A stretch of 64,000 nucleotides of DNA from Eledone cirrhosa (GCA_964016885.1 OZ024745.1:22382001-22446000), one strand, 5' to 3'; positions 14,210 to 29,746 are shown, counted from the first letter of the stretch. Program-made: numbers and translations. The notes: generated by a model not told the origin, from the sequence alone.

Positions 14210-14689
14210 GGAATTAAGTGATTATTGGACGTAGCCAATTTTGTTCTGGGATGGGAGAGAAAGAAACAGCTGAGCAGTAGATGTTTGTTGTTATGTAGTA
14301 TAAAAACAAAATTTTCTCGGTGCCAAATCTAGTACCAAATAGGTTTTGCACCGAATCGACATTGCTAAAAGAAGCGGACCCAATCGACTGCAGAAAAAAG
14401 TAACTAAATTGTCTTAGCAAAATCCAGTTTCCGAGACGCACTCGCTTTCTCCCGTTTCGAACGTCTACGTGGTTTATGTTTTCCCTCTGTTATCTTCAGT
14501 GACACTTAAGAATTGTTTAGGAAAGTTCTGATTCTTGAGAAATTATTTTCTAAGACTTTGATAATTCGTTGACTCAGAACTTGAACATAAGGATGGCCTG
14601 GTCTTCAGATTTGTGGCCGTTTATATCCATACATATGCTGAGTGACGGCGGATTTATGAATATATGTGTGTGTGTGAGAGCCAGCACCC

Positions 14690-15160
14690 TGGGTCGGTTG
14701 AGCCAGCTCCGTCCAACGAATTTACCGTATCCCGAATGAAGGCCGACCAAGCACGACGGTCCGACGCCATTCGCGGTTCCATCGCCGAACCCCACACAGG
14801 CGTGGGCCCAAGATCAACTCAGCGTCTTGCCTCACCGTCCTAAGCCACGTTTTCAGTTGGCCTCCACGACGTTTCCTCCATCCCAACGGAGGAGATGGAT
14901 CAATAGCTTTGCGGATGAAGTCGCCCGGTTTCGACGGAGAGCATGACCAAGCCAGTGAAGACGCCTCGTGAGAAGAGCCTGCTGGAGGGAGGAGATTTTG
15001 TAGCGTGCACGGATTGCAGAATTCGAGATGAGTTGTTGCCATCGAACCCGAAGGTGGCGGCGTAAACAATGATGGTCGAACATTTCGAGTTTGCGCATGT
15101 CCTCTGCTCCCAGTAACCAGGTTTCGCAGTCGTATAGCAGGATTGTTCGGACAAGAGCTT
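14690..15160 (-). pseudogene. 3' fragment of an RTE-clade LINE, frameshifted
   Basis: LLYDCETW..DMRKLEMFDHHCLRRHLRVRWQQLISN..RRLHWLGHALRR, then GWRKRRGGQLKTW in another frame. Confidence 0.85.
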
Positions 15161-15384
15161 GGTGGTCAGTTTAATTTCATGTCTGCTCTTATGAATATAT
15201 ATCAAGAAACAACTCATTTGTGGTAGAGGGTGATTGGAATAATACATTGGACGCATGCTCGGACTGTATGGGAGTTGCCGATAGGAAAGGGGGTGTAGTC
15301 CTCGTAAATCCTCTCAGGTACTGTTTGACTGGTATTGTCTATATTTCCCTAACATTTCAAATGTATACGTAGACAAACAGCTAT

Positions 15385-15533
15385 TGCTGGTACCCATTTT
15401 CAGCTGAGTATACTGGAGCAACGCGAAATGAAGGGTTTTGATCAAGAACACAACACGCAACCCAGCCCAGGAATCGAACCCACGACATTATGATCATATG
15501 TCCCAAACCCTTACCACTAGGCCGCGCACCTCC
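15385..15533 (-). mobile_element. tRNA-derived SINE family B (CORE-like)
   Basis: minus strand A box ggcctagtgg, B box ggttcgattcc, core tgtgttcttgatcaaaaccc..tttcgcgttgctccagt..actcagctg. Confidence 0.8.
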
Positions 15534-15596
15534 ACTAGTCCACCAGGTTATCAATAAGCAGTAAAATAATATAGAACATAATATAGAATATAAAAT

Positions 15597-15780
15597 AATT
15601 GTTTCTACTTTTGGCACAAGGCCAGCAATAACCCAGTGCATTACTGGTACTTTATTTTATCGACCCCGTAAGGATGAAAGGCAAAGTTAATCTCGGCGGG
15701 ATTTGAACTCAGAATGGCAGGGGCCATAACTCTATGCGTCAAAGCATGGCGTCCGCCCATCTACCGATACTGCCAATCCA
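15597..15780 (-). mobile_element. SINE family A
   Basis: reverse-complement match to family A. Confidence 0.9.
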
Positions 15781-17713
15781 ATATTCTCCAACATGGAGAA
15801 AACCACATAACGTGATTCACAGAAATCACCCAGCCATTGATTGCTCTGACGCAGCATTAGCACGTGTCTCCTACAAGCCATTACCATCAAACTGTTGTCA
15901 TATAGTTAGAGTGAGTCCATTTACAGACGACAATTTCGCTACTTCCAACTTTCATAAATTCACTAAAGGAAAGCAACTCATTCTCTTTCTCTTACTCTCA
16001 CTCTCTCTCTCACCCACTCTCTCTCTCTCACTCTCTCTGTCTTCTACTCTCTCTCTCTTACTCTCTCTCTGTCTTCTACTCTCTCTCTCTTACTCTCTCT
16101 CTCTCTCTCTCTCGTTCTTCGCTTTCCTCTTCAAGATGTGCTTGAAGAAGTTGAATGATGATCATGATGATCATGATGGTGCTGGTGATCATGATGATGG
16201 TGATGATGATGGTGATGATGATGGTGGTGGTGGTGGTGGTGGTGGTGGTGGTGGGGACGTTGCCGGTGGAAGTGATGGTGGTGACGGTGGCATTGTTCAT
16301 GGTGATGGTAATGTTGGCAGTGATTGCAGTTGTGGTGGGGTGGTGGTGATGGTAACATATCCCTAGAAATATATCAGCTGACGTCACTGCCATTATACTA
16401 AAAAAAAGGAAAACTGAAAAAAAAACCAACAATTAAATGGCGGAGTCTATCTTTACTTTCTACGCCGTGTTAGATTCATCTGGCAATTACAACTTGTGTG
16501 CCAAATAGTCTCATTGGCAGCCAAATGAAACCCAATCAATAATGTTACCCATCCTTAATAGTAATGAGAGAACGGTTTTTTTTCGTTGTTGTATAATTGC
16601 CTTTCCTATGGCACAAACTAAGACAACACAATTGGTCTAGGATAAAAAAACAAAACAAAATAAAATGGGTCTCAATGGAAGCATTCAGTAATGCGGTAAA
16701 AAACAAAACAAAACGAAACGAACAATAACGTGATAGATGTGTAACCATGGCAACAGATCCGGTGGGAATAATATCAACAGAAGCAAAAACGGTTCGTTTA
16801 TATCTATAATAATGATTTCCTGGTAGTGTACGCAAGCTCCCATGGTTATGTGAGGGTGGGTGTGATAGGAAGTGAGCAACAAAGAGTAGAAGCAAGCTTC
16901 CGTCCAACCGCGTCCACGAATCTGTTTACAATTTCCGGTTAGAACCATTTCTCTTCACTTAAATCACTAATGATTTTCAGAAAAGCATGAACATCACATC
17001 TTCGTATTTCCCTTCTTTTGTAAATCTGGCGCCTTTCTAGCAATGATTAAAATCCATTTTCTTTCTATACGGGTGGGTGTGGGTTTAATCGATATAAATT
17101 GACTTTCTGTATATAACTGTAGTGAAGGAGAAGAATGACCAAATCGATAACGGCAGCAGACAACAAGCTGAAGAGGTCAACGTTATTGCGTTATGACCAA
17201 GGACAAGGCACTTTACTCTCAACGACTGATTCCACACATCATTTTGCAGCTACCATAACATTCATTTTACCTATATATAAAATTGTGACTGAACAATAGA
17301 ACTGACAAGAGGTTTATTCACTTACAGTGCTGAGATCAATTTCTTTAGTGAAAACAAAGTTGATTACGACAGTGCAACGTCCTATTCAAGAAGGAGAGTT
17401 TATTTCCTTATCTGTTCAAAGCATGGATAGAGACTTGTGGTTGAGAAATTTGCTCCGCAAACAAGTGATTTGGGGTTCGATGCCTGTCTGTGACAAAAAT
17501 CTGGTAATATGTCTTCTACTGTGATCATTGCTTTGCGAGTGCTATTTGGTTGGTGGAAGCGGTGAAGAATCCTGCTCTCTCTCTGACTCTCTCTTTCTCT
17601 CTCTTTCACACTCTCTCCCCTTTCTCTCTATCTCCCCCCCCCTCTCTCTCTTTCTGTCTCTCTCTACCATGGCTAATAAGATAAATCTTAGGTGTCGTTA
17701 CTGCATTATGAAA

Positions 17714-17776
<63 letters not shown>

Positions 17777-18138
17777 CACTACTTTTGGGGGGCCACTAGG
17801 GCCGAAAAACAAGGGTCAGTACAACTGGACAAGGACAATGAAGAGATTCTTGGGTCACTCGTGGAAAACCCCACAAAACACCACAGTCACCTAAATGCAG
17901 TTACCTTTTCCCAGTTGCCCTCCTCCAGCCTACAGGTGCACGCCCAGAGCAAGCCTATGTACATTCACCATGCTCACCACTCTCAGATACCTTTCAACAG
18001 GTTCGTGTAAAGAGAGAATTTCTTCTCTACTCTCGGTTTCCTTTTCAAATGCATCTTGAAAAGGTCTATAAGAGCTTGGCGGGTGTCGACAACAACTGGA
18101 TCACCTGATTAAAAAGAAATCGAAAAAGGAGACATTCT

Positions 18139-18306
18139 AATCCCGTCTGACGTGAACTGGAGCAGATTACAAGGGTCAGGCGGTAAAGGGAGACAATCCC
18201 GTCAGACGTGAAATGGAGCAGGGTACGACGGCTATGTGATAAAGGGAGATAATCCCATTAAACCTGAAATAGAGCAAGGTACGACGATCATCTGATAAAC
18301 AGAAAC
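18139..18306. repeat. Diverged 56-bp tandem repeat, 3 units
   Basis: aatccc starts at 18139, 18195 and 18251. Confidence 0.75.
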
Positions 18307-18592
18307 AGTTAGAAATCATATTGGCTTGTTTTAACAATTCAAACTAAAATAATACTTGTTTTAAGTCTTATATGTTCAGAAATGTGTTAGTTCTATCCTT
18401 CAATATAACACTTACTGGAGAGAGGGGTAATAAGGTTTACAATATATTTATTTAAGTTACAAGGAAAATACAATCAGAAACATAAATAGTTTGGCTACAA
18501 CACTTCTTTCAGATATTGATTGCTAAAATATTTAATAGTTTAAAATGGCGACGGTTTCGATTCGTTAACATCGTACTTAATACTAAGATAAT

Positions 18593-18775
18593 TGTTTCTA
18601 CTTTAGGCACAAGGCCAGCAATTACCCAGTGCATTACTGGTACTTTATTTTATCGACCCCGTAAGGATGAAAGGCAAAGTCAACCTCGGCGGGATTTGAA
18701 CTCAGATCATAAAGGGACGTAACTATGCTGGAAAGCCTGGCGTCCGACCCTCTACCAATACTGCCAATCCACCGC
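18593..18775 (-). mobile_element. SINE family A with TSD
   Basis: actaagataat at 18582-18592 and 18776-18786. Confidence 0.9.
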
Positions 18776-19178
18776 ACTAAGATAATGTTTTACATTCATG
18801 TGACGAAATGTGAGGTGAGTAAGGTGCAGATCAAACGTAGACATATTGTTTTTATTATTGTTATTGTTGTTGTTTAACTGAAGGCCAGTATTATATTTTG
18901 TGTTATTTCTAATCTTCTTTTAATCAGGAATCTTCTGAAAAAACAGCTTAAGCTAAGAACATTGTCTTCCTCTTTTTTGTCTAGCTTTAAATGAAGTTGT
19001 TTATATCGTATTTTTATGTACAATATGTTACAATTATTAGCTGCAAAGATTTTGTATTCACTTTCTATCTATTACCAGATTTAATACATTTTGGCATATG
19101 TCCTTTTGTAAAAACCTATTGTAAAATGTCATGTATCTTTCTCTCTATCTATCTACCTACCTTTCTTTCTTTCACACA

Positions 19179-19263
<85 letters not shown>

Positions 19264-19276
19264 CCTCTCTCTCTCT

Positions 19277-19325
<49 letters not shown>

Positions 19326-19406
19326 TTATAAATAAGAGGTAAGCACGAACGGGAGGTAATTTCCCTTCATCAGTTGTCTTCTGGAGATCATGGACATTGT
19401 TCCTTC

Positions 19407-19484
<78 letters not shown>

Positions 19485-19589
19485 GTTAGGAGATTATTCG
19501 CACATTCATTTTATTATAGAAGTGACTTCTACATGTGTAGAAATAGCCGTCGAAACGGCTTGAGCTCTGCCGTCGGGGTCATACTTGTT

Positions 19590-19646
<57 letters not shown>

Positions 19647-19864
19647 CAAGTGGAAGCTTAGTAAAATCGAAGCTTTGGCTGTGGCCAAGCAAAGCCGACC
19701 TACAATAAGGAATGAGTAGCAAAGCACTCAATAAGGGTAGGTCCTTAGAGTAATAACATTACGTTTAAATAGCTTGACAAATTGAAAATTGCGGTAGGTA
19801 AAACCCAACCACACAATACCAAAGTAACGAAAGAACTAATAAGGTTAAAACAACAGACCCGGAC

Positions 19865-20021
<157 letters not shown>

Positions 20022-20066
20022 CTAGTTTCACTTAAGAAGTCATGGGAAAATTTGAAATTTGATATT

Positions 20067-20465
20067 TACTCTAGGGTTTCCAATAATCGTCTAACTCTCA
20101 CCCCACACTCTTGTTAATTTTTCTGATTTTTTCCACCCACCCCCCTCTTATTCCAATCCCCTGCTTATTAAATTTTGCTAATCTCTCTCCGGCGAAATTT
20201 TATTTTAAGTGGTAACATTCCTGTGACAATTAATTTTCCTTATATAGTAAAAAAAACATTATACATGACAAAAAAAGTACATTGCTAGAAATCCAACACG
20301 TTATAAAATAAATAGGATGGGTTGGGGTCTCAATATGTAAACTAAACGACTAATTCTAGGTTTTAAAAAGATAAACGGAGACAACATAGAAAAATTACCT
20401 ATTTTCCACCCCCACTCCACGCCGCTGATTCCAGCCCACCCCCTATTATTTGGGACCTGAGAGTA
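20067..20465. mobile_element. Tc1/mariner-superfamily MITE
   Basis: imperfect TIRs tactctagggtttccaataat / attatttgggacctgagagta with TA at both ends. Confidence 0.55.
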
Positions 20466-20630
20466 GCCGTTCCATCCTTAAGAATAGTCGATCACAACAC
20501 TATAAAGGCTGGTTGAGAAACCAATTTAAGTACTTCAGGAGACGGAACAAAATTGGATAGAGGCGCCCATTAGATGTTGGGCGAGTTAACCATTACACTA
20601 AGAGGTCCCTCTCCAACAATTGTTATCTTT

Positions 20631-20905
20631 TAGAATTAATGTAAAGGCTGAAGTGCGCAGAGATGGTACAAAATAGAATGAAGACCCTTAAAAGACTCTA
20701 AAAGAAATTGCCATCGACCGCTGTGAGGAATTAAAGCTCACATCTCCTAGATACCGGCTACCCAGTATTTGGAAGTTACGAGGTCCAATTGCTCATAGCG
20801 GCCAATGGCAACTTCTTTTCCCATCTTTAATGGTTTTCACCCTATTTTATAAGCTATTTCAGAGCATCCCTGCGCATGAGCACATCATCCTTTACATTAA
20901 TTCTA
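20631..20905. mobile_element. Palindromic MITE-like element
   Basis: perfect 17-bp TIR tagaattaatgtaaagg / cctttacattaattcta; imperfect complementarity continues inward. Confidence 0.65.
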
Positions 20906-21255
20906 TATTTTTTGCGCTTCAAAATCCGATCTCTCGGCTACAAATGATCTTTTAGAATATTTGAAGCCTGTAGCTAAAAAACGTGAACATCTGGTTGACT
21001 TAAAAAGGATAAGTTGAGGACATTTTAGTGCGGAGGGTTGTCAAGGTCAAGGGGGCCCTGGGACCTAAGGGGGCAGTAGAAATGATATAATATATCAAAT
21101 ATCAAATGATACATATTATATATAAATATAATAAAATAAAACAATATATATTTATTTATACATAGAATATATATATTATTTATTATATATAAATTAACGA
21201 TTTTATTTGTTATATATTATTTACAATTTGCTAGTAGGCAGGTCTTTCTGGAAAT

Positions 21256-21413
21256 AGGATTGGGGACGCTGAGGGTATTATGTAGCCGTTGGGGGTGCAG
21301 TGGCCGAAAATGTTTGAGAACCTGTTTTAACGTAAGGATTGGGGACGCTGAGGGTATTATGGAGCCGTTGGGGGTGCAGTGGCCAAAAATGTTTGAGAAC
21401 CTGTTTTAACGTA
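21256..21413. repeat. 79-bp tandem duplication ending in a hAT-like terminal motif
   Basis: two near-identical units ending ...aaaatgtttgagaacctg... Confidence 0.8.
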
Positions 21414-21659
21414 ATGAACACAGTTAAGTTCTACCAGGGATGAGGAGAGAGAGAGAGAGGGGGTGGGGATGAGAGAGAAAAAGAGAATGAGAGACAAAGA
21501 GAGAGAGAGAGGGAGAAGGAGAGAGAGAAAGATAGGGAGAGGGCGAAAGAGAGAGAAATAGTCGTTGTTTCATACTTATAGAGATAAATAAGGTATGATT
21601 TGTGAGAGATCAGCAGCTATTATTTCTAGCAGGTCGTCTTCATAGTTCCTCTTTGGTAA

Positions 21660-21797
21660 TTTTGTTGTTGGTATTGTTGTTGTTGGTAGTAGTGGAGGTG
21701 GTGGTGGTGGTTGTCGTGGGGATAGTGCTGGTATTAGGGGTAATGGTAGTGGTTGTGGTAGGGGTAGTGGTTGTGGTGGTGGAGGTAGTATTAGTAA

Positions 21798-21828
<31 letters not shown>

Positions 21829-21897
21829 GGTGGTAGTAGTAGTAGTAGTAGTAGTGTTGGTAGTAGTATTAGTAGTAGTGGTGGTGGTGGTGGTACT

Positions 21898-21942
<45 letters not shown>

Positions 21943-22161
21943 TTCACTTTTACTGTTCTCGTTGCTTGGTGCTGTACATAGTTTGGTTGCTAATGAAGTA
22001 ATATGGGCTAACCCTTTGTTGTTGTTATTGTTGTTGTTGTTGCTGTTGTTGTTGTTGTTGTTGTTCTTCTTCTTCTTCTTCTTCTTCTTGCTATTGTTGT
22101 TGTTGCTGTTGTCCTTATTCTTGTTCTTTGCTCTACTATTGTTATTATCCAAAAGACTGCT

Positions 22162-22214
<53 letters not shown>

Positions 22215-22399
22215 CAACATCAACAACAACACCACTAATACTGCTGTCGCTACTATCACTACTACTCCAACCAGCACCACTACTACTACTACTTCCACAA
22301 CCACCACCACTACTACTACTACTAATACTTCTATCACCAACGTCACTAATACTACTACTATTATTACCACCACCAACACCACTAATACTACTGTCACCG

Positions 22400-22453
<54 letters not shown>

Positions 22454-22545
22454 TCACCTTACTACCACCACTACTATCACCTTACCGCCACCACCACCAC
22501 CACTACTACTATGTACTGTTGTTACTACACTAGTACAACTAACTA
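21660..22545. repeat. Mixed trinucleotide microsatellites (TAG/TGG/TTG/CTA)
   Basis: direct inspection. Confidence 0.9.
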
Positions 22546-22924
22546 GTGATACTTAGAGAAATGTTAGTGCTACACACTCTACTATTGTATATTAATAGTA
22601 GTCGATCAACTTAGTAAACAATTCTGTTTTCGATATTCAATAATATGTGGTCGATATTTTACAACTGACTAACCAGAGTTTGTATTGGTCCTCTGAATTC
22701 TACCCAATTGACAAAACCTAAAAAATAAAATAATAAAAAATAAAAAATAAAAATTGGTATTTTTTTTTTTTTGTTAATAATTATTAAATTATTTCATTTC
22801 ATTAATGAAATATAATTCACTTTTCTCTCTATTTCATTTACCACTGTAGCATAGCCAAGGAAAAACTAATACAATTTCATATCATGCTAGAAATGATGGT
22901 TTAAATCATATTTATTTTTCTAAC

Positions 22925-23120
22925 GTCAAATCGGACCGAGGAAAGAATGTTTCCATTGGTCTTTCCAGTTGCTAATACTATCTATCGGTCGCAACTCCAA
23001 GTAGAAGGAGCAACGTGAAATAAAGTGTCTTACTCAAGGACATAACGCATCGCCCGGTCCGAACTCACAACCTCACGATTGCGAATCCAATTCTCTAACC
23101 ACTCAGCAAAACGGCTTCAC
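22925..23120 (-). mobile_element. SINE family B variant
   Basis: tRNA head and core; tail shared with 25775-25925 (+) and 31591-31655. Confidence 0.8.
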
Positions 23121-23146
23121 ATCATATTTATGGTGTCCCTATATAA

Positions 23147-23433
23147 CAAAGGTTCCCAACATTTTTCTCCGTCCTCGCCCACTTTCCCTTTCAAAAATGT
23201 TCCACTACCCACCTGTATAGACAAATTTCAAAGCCTCCTGTTTGTGTTTTTTTTTAAATTCTTTCAAGTTTTTTTTATATGGGTTCTTTGCATTTTGTTT
23301 TTGTTTTTTAATTTTTTTTTTTTTCTGGTAGCATATGTTGAAATACCTTCTTAAAGCAGAAAATCTTATATCGTCCACCAAACAGTTGAAATCGCCCAAC
23401 GGTAGGCGATATCTCCGAGGTTGGGAAACCCAG
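23147..23433. mobile_element. hAT-type MITE with near-perfect 8-bp TSD
   Basis: TIR-like caaaggttcccaac / gttgggaaacccag; flanks ctatataa / atatataa. Confidence 0.65.
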
Positions 23434-23822
23434 ATATATAATTTCCATTTGGAAATTATTTCTACCGAGATAGAGAAAAAGTACAGATGATGGAATTGAC
23501 CCTAGGAATTGACTGACCCTCGGTTTAGAGACTTTTGGGAGATCGTGACAAAAAAGAGATACAAAGGAAACGTTGGCGTTTGTGGAATTTCGCATATATA
23601 TATATATGTATGTATGTATATACACACACACACACATATATATATATGTGTGTATGTGTGTGTGTGTGTATGTATGTATATATATATATATGGCCTGCCC
23701 ACTCAGCCAGTGGGATAGCGTCATCGTATGGCTTAAAACAGCAACGTGCTGTGACCAGCGGCGCCGAATGGTGCCTGACAGACTGGTCGGTCAAGGTGAT
23801 CAAGGTATACATATATATGTAT

Positions 23823-24050
23823 GTAAAAGGTAAACAGAAATAACAACACAATCGGTACAGTATATGGAAGGGATATATTAGTTTAACGCTTGATATAGCA
23901 GGAAGAGGAATTTAACGTTTCGGACGCTAGTCCTTCATCAGAAGAAAGAATGACAAATAAGATAGATTGAAGGGACGGGCGGGTTGGAATGGGAAAACAC
24001 GTCTTTAAATAAAAATAGCAGGTCCATTCATATTGACATCTCTTGCAATA
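23823..24050 (-). mobile_element. PLE pLTR fragment with minimal HHR core
   Basis: minus strand CTGATGA-aggactagcgtcc-GAAA-cg-TT; homologous to 7155-7360. Confidence 0.65.
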
Positions 24051-24337
<287 letters not shown>

Positions 24338-24842
24338 ATCGCAACAATATTAATCGGTATAAAGCTGAAAATCTATTTTTGGCACTGGATTTGCGATCTT
24401 CCCGCCAACGGTTCATAGAAGCCATCTTTTCCAATAAACCACTTACAACCATGTTATGAAGCAGGCTACTAACCTCTACATTAGAGAATGTTATTAGTTT
24501 GCGATCACAAACAATAACGTCAGGTTGGTTCTGTATTAATTTGGTCTGTATTTATATTCTCAGGTTCTCAGCAATATTCTTTTGATCCATCGGTTTCAAA
24601 ATATTCATCTAAATTTATTGCTATTTTTTGTCGTTTACCCTAATCCAGAGTGTTAAATCAACCATATAAACTTTTGAGGAAGGCAGAATACAGAGGACTT
24701 TCTCTCGTAGTTGACAATGTTATGGGCAATATCTTAAGCTCTGGTATTGCAAAGCCTATATATATTGTCAGTTAATGATATCCATCAGATGTATATTGGA
24801 TATGGGAAGCGAGACTTTCATGCGGGTCTGACTCTAAATAAT

Positions 24843-25242
24843 GCGAGGTTGGGCTGAAAAGTTCATAGGTTGACTATAAAAGAGGGATGCTAAAGCTGTG
24901 AAAGATAAATCGTATTATCATATAATTATAAACGAAATTCTTACTGAGAATTTGCTTTTAAGATGTATGAGCTTTGCACACGTGCAAAGCCATAAATATA
25001 TGCTGCTTGTATTTTTTACTGAGGTGTATACCAGACTACTTACCGACAAAATAAACGAGGGTTTGCTGAAAACTTCATAGGAAAGAGTGATGCTAGAGCT
25101 GTGAAATCGTGCATTTAATTTCGATTCTTTTTATTAATAACTGCATTGTTCCTTTCCAGTGACAATACTGAAAAATAAACCTCATTTGGTCACTCCATGA
25201 CAGTATCTTGGTCAGCATATGAATTTTCGGCCGACCATCGTA
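24843..25242. mobile_element. Mariner-type MITE with a duplicated left end
   Basis: left TIR-like cgagg..gctgaaaa.ttcatagg at 24844 and 25056; right TIR atgaattttcggccgaccatcg+TA. Confidence 0.7.
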
Positions 25243-25264
25243 GTATTCAAAATTTTGTTAGGGT

Positions 25265-25676
25265 AAATAGATATATTATATAATATAGTAGATATATATA
25301 TATATAATAATTATATTATATAAAATAGTAGATATATATATAATAGTTATATTATATAAAATAGTATATATATATATAATAATTATATTATATAAAATAG
25401 TAGATATATATATATAATAGTTATATTATTTTAAATAGTAGATATATATATATAATAGTTATATTATATAAAATAGTAGATATATATATAATAGTTATAT
25501 TATTTAAAATAGTAGATATATATATATATAATAGTTATATTATATAAAATAGTAGATATATATATATAATAGTTATATTATATAAAATAGTAGATATATA
25601 TATAATAGTTATATTATATAAAATAGTAGATATATATATAATAGTTATATTATTTAAAATAGTAGATATATATAAT
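25265..25676. repeat. AT-rich ~36-40-bp minisatellite, about 11 units
   Basis: aaaatagtaga(ta)n-atagttatattat. Confidence 0.9.
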
Positions 25677-25774
25677 CGGCTTCCTATTGCCACTCAATAA
25701 TTGAAATTTTATTTCATTTTATTTTATTTTATTTTATTTTATTTTCCTCTTTTTTAATAAACCTTCTTGTCAGT

Positions 25775-25925
25775 TCGTTTCCTGGACCAGGCGATGCGTT
25801 ATGTCCTTGAGCAAGACATTTTATTTCACGTTGTTCCTTCTACCTGGAGTTGCGACCGATAGATAGCATTAGCAATTGGAAAGACCAACGGAAACATTGT
25901 TTCTTCAGTCCGATTTGACGAAAGT
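25775..25925 (+). mobile_element. SINE family B variant, 5'-truncated
   Basis: tgtccttgagcaagacattttatttcacgttg core plus the tail seen at 22925. Confidence 0.75.
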
Positions 25926-26348
25926 CGATCGACAAAAAAAATGTATTATTTATCTAACTAGCTCTTTTTGATTGCCAACTGTAAGGAGTACTCATTACTT
26001 CCCCTAGTCATGGCTTATTAGCTCTATACGAACGTTTAAATTGAATAAATAGTAGATACATAATTCTTTTGTCCATGACGTTAAGTTTTATTTTTTAATG
26101 AACGGATCATAAGAGTTTAAAAATAGATAACTTCCTCACGCGGCTTAGATGTGTTTTAATACCATAAGAGAGACAACCTGGAATAAAACACTCGAATCTC
26201 AGCCATCTTAACACTATTCTGTTTTAGTCTTTCTGTCACGGAAGAGTAGAAAGAATTATCAAACATATTATAACTTCACACACACACACACACATGCATG
26301 AAAACACAAAAACATATATATAATCATATACAGCACACACACAACACA

Positions 26349-26412
<64 letters not shown>

Positions 26413-26557
26413 CATGAAAAAACACACATACACACACTCATGCACACAAACACACACACACATACATATATATACATAGTTCAAGGTTAAAATAGAAGAT
26501 TAGCAGCAGGAGTAATTACACAAAGTATAATTAGTTTCTCGCTTGAGGAAGATATTT

Positions 26558-26588
<31 letters not shown>

Positions 26589-26640
26589 AACACATACACA
26601 CATACACACACACACACAAATGTATGTATATATATATAAA

Positions 26641-26838
26641 TATAGTGGTAGAACACTGGAAGGTAATATCCGTAGTGGTAGAGCACTCAGTCCATGGTAC
26701 GAATTAGGTAGAAGTGGTAACACAACAGTTAGTTCAACATAGCGTTCCGTATAACTATTTCCATTACGAGCTGAGGATCCGATAAGGTGAAACAATTGTT
26801 CTCGATATGGTGAACTACCTGTTGTGTAACCACTTCTA
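26641..26838. mobile_element. Fold-back PLE insertion with HHR (26767-26804, +)
   Basis: cgag-CTGAGGA-tccgataaggt-GAAA-caattg-TT-ctcg; same family and termini as 50497-50745. Confidence 0.8.
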
Positions 26839-26871
26839 TTTATATCATTATCTATAAAAGGCAGATTGTTG

Positions 26872-26903
<32 letters not shown>

Positions 26904-27739
26904 ATGTTCCATGTTTATACATTTGCACAATTTCAAACTGATTCGACTCAAAGTCTGTTTTTGTTGTAAATGACTTAGGTCAACGACTATTTATTTCATT
27001 CAAACTCACCCACAATTACAGAAATAATCGATAAAACTAAATACATGACGCTTTACCCCTCTAATACAATCTGATATCATCTCTCTACTCCCCTTAAAAT
27101 TCGATAAAACTACGTACATGCTGCAACTTTCTCTTATATACGATTAAACTTACAAACTTCCTTTAAGAACGCCGAAGAGAGAGAGAGAAGAGAGTGAGAG
27201 GGAGAGAGAGAGAGAACGTTTGTTTTTGAGTGTGGAACGGTCAAACATTTATTTACTTCAATGACAAAGAGAACTTATTACATTTCATACGAAGCAACAA
27301 TTATTCAAAAGCAACAGATAAATTTATTCAACAACAAAAAAAATAGCGATAAATCTTTTTTTAAACCTCTCAACGAACGTGGAAGAAAGAAGTATCAGTT
27401 TATTTACTATACACAATAATATCCTCTATGAGGTCACTAAACCTGCTAGAAACAGCAGCTAACTGTCCCCCATATCACACCCCTCCCTACTGTCTTAAAT
27501 TTAGAAAACACACATTAGACAACCATGCATAACAACGCCATCGCAGCTCTGTTGTGCAAGTACTGTGAAACAATAAATTTCAACACTTCTTTGCACAGAG
27601 ATAATATCCATAGGCTAAACTACAATTGTCACTACTGGCGCAGCTCCTGCTTCGGCTGTCCAGGTCTGCAATTCATTCACCCAGTGCCTGGCAGACAAAA
27701 AGGTGGTGCCATAAAATGGGTGGTGCAACGTGAAATAAA

Positions 27740-27825
<86 letters not shown>

Positions 27826-27830
27826 GTATA

Positions 27831-27920
<90 letters not shown>

Positions 27921-28431
27921 TATATATATACATGACTTGATTTTTTATTTCATTTTTTTAACTTATATATATATATATATTTATATATGTTAGACAGTTG
28001 GGGCCCGACGGTTAAGCTCTTGTCGTTCACTCTACAATACCAAATGTCGAGTACACTGCAGAATAATGGTCTTACTAGTTTAAAACTGGTAGGGACTCTG
28101 AAGATAAATTCCGTATAATTTTGTCTATCTGCTCTTCACATTTATAATTATATATTTGTGCCTGTGTGAGTGGGTGTGTATATGTGTGTGTTTGTACGTG
28201 TGTATTTTTATGGGTGTCTAAGTGTGTGTGTACATATGCCACATACATATATAGAGCCAAATATATATATGAGTATGTATGTACGCTTGAATTACTGAGA
28301 AATTATGAAACACTGTTTTTGACACACAAAATGGTAAATAACTCTCTCTCACTCTTTCTCTCTATCTAGGTACCTATATATATTATATTGAAGCTCACAT
28401 ATACACTCAAATACATGCATGTCCATGTGTG

Positions 28432-28478
<47 letters not shown>

Positions 28479-28562
28479 ATGCTTATATATGCGTATATTA
28501 TATGCGTATATATATATATATATAGACACACACACATACATACACACACACAAACACACACT

Positions 28563-28620
<58 letters not shown>

Positions 28621-28900
28621 TATATACACATATATACACATATATACATATATACATGATGTAGATCAATAATTAGAAAAAGAAAAGAAAGCAAAGTAAA
28701 GGCAATACTATATGATAGAGAAAGTATGCAAGTGAGTAGATTGATAGATTTTTGTAGGGGTGGGCAACATGGATAGGGATATAGAGATCAATAGATAGAT
28801 AGGAAGGTAGATAGGTGACTACTAAATGGAAACAAAATCAATAAAATCTAGTAACGTGCCAACTATATATTGGTGCAATAAACTGCATATTTCCTCCGCT

Positions 28901-28945
<45 letters not shown>

Positions 28946-28958
28946 AACATACATAATA

Positions 28959-29010
<52 letters not shown>

Positions 29011-29226
29011 TGTATGTATATATAATTACATATATATATTATTCCCTCCGCTATTGATATATGTATATATATACATAGCGGAGGAAATAATAAAATAATA
29101 TATATATGTAATTATATATACATACATACATACATATATATTTATATGTATGAATGTATGTATGTGTGTATGTATGTATGTATGTATGTATATATAATTA
29201 CATATATATAATATTCCCACCGCTAT

Positions 29227-29323
<97 letters not shown>

Positions 29324-29708
29324 TATATGTCTATATATATATATGTTTATGGGTATAAATTCTTGGTTTTTGTAATGCTACATTATATTGTATACATATG
29401 TGTGTTTGTTTTATATTTTTATTGATAATAAAATATCAATATAATGTTTATGTACTTCGTATATTGCTTTATACGCACGGATACAGACAAACGCATACAA
29501 TTGCTTTAGACAGTCATCTATACATACATAATACACGTATATATATATATATGAGTGTATATATATATATATTTGTGTGTGTGTGTGTGTGTGTGTGTCA
29601 GTGAGTGTGTGTGTATAAATGTATATATATATATATATATATGTATGCATATATACATATATACATATATATATATATGCATATATATATGTATATATGT
29701 ACATATCC

Positions 29709-29746
<38 letters not shown>

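Noticed and set aside
17790-18075. Unique-looking sequence in ORF 17528-18010 as a host exon
   Set aside because: The ORF is mostly microsatellite; the remainder has no recognisable motif or supported splice sites
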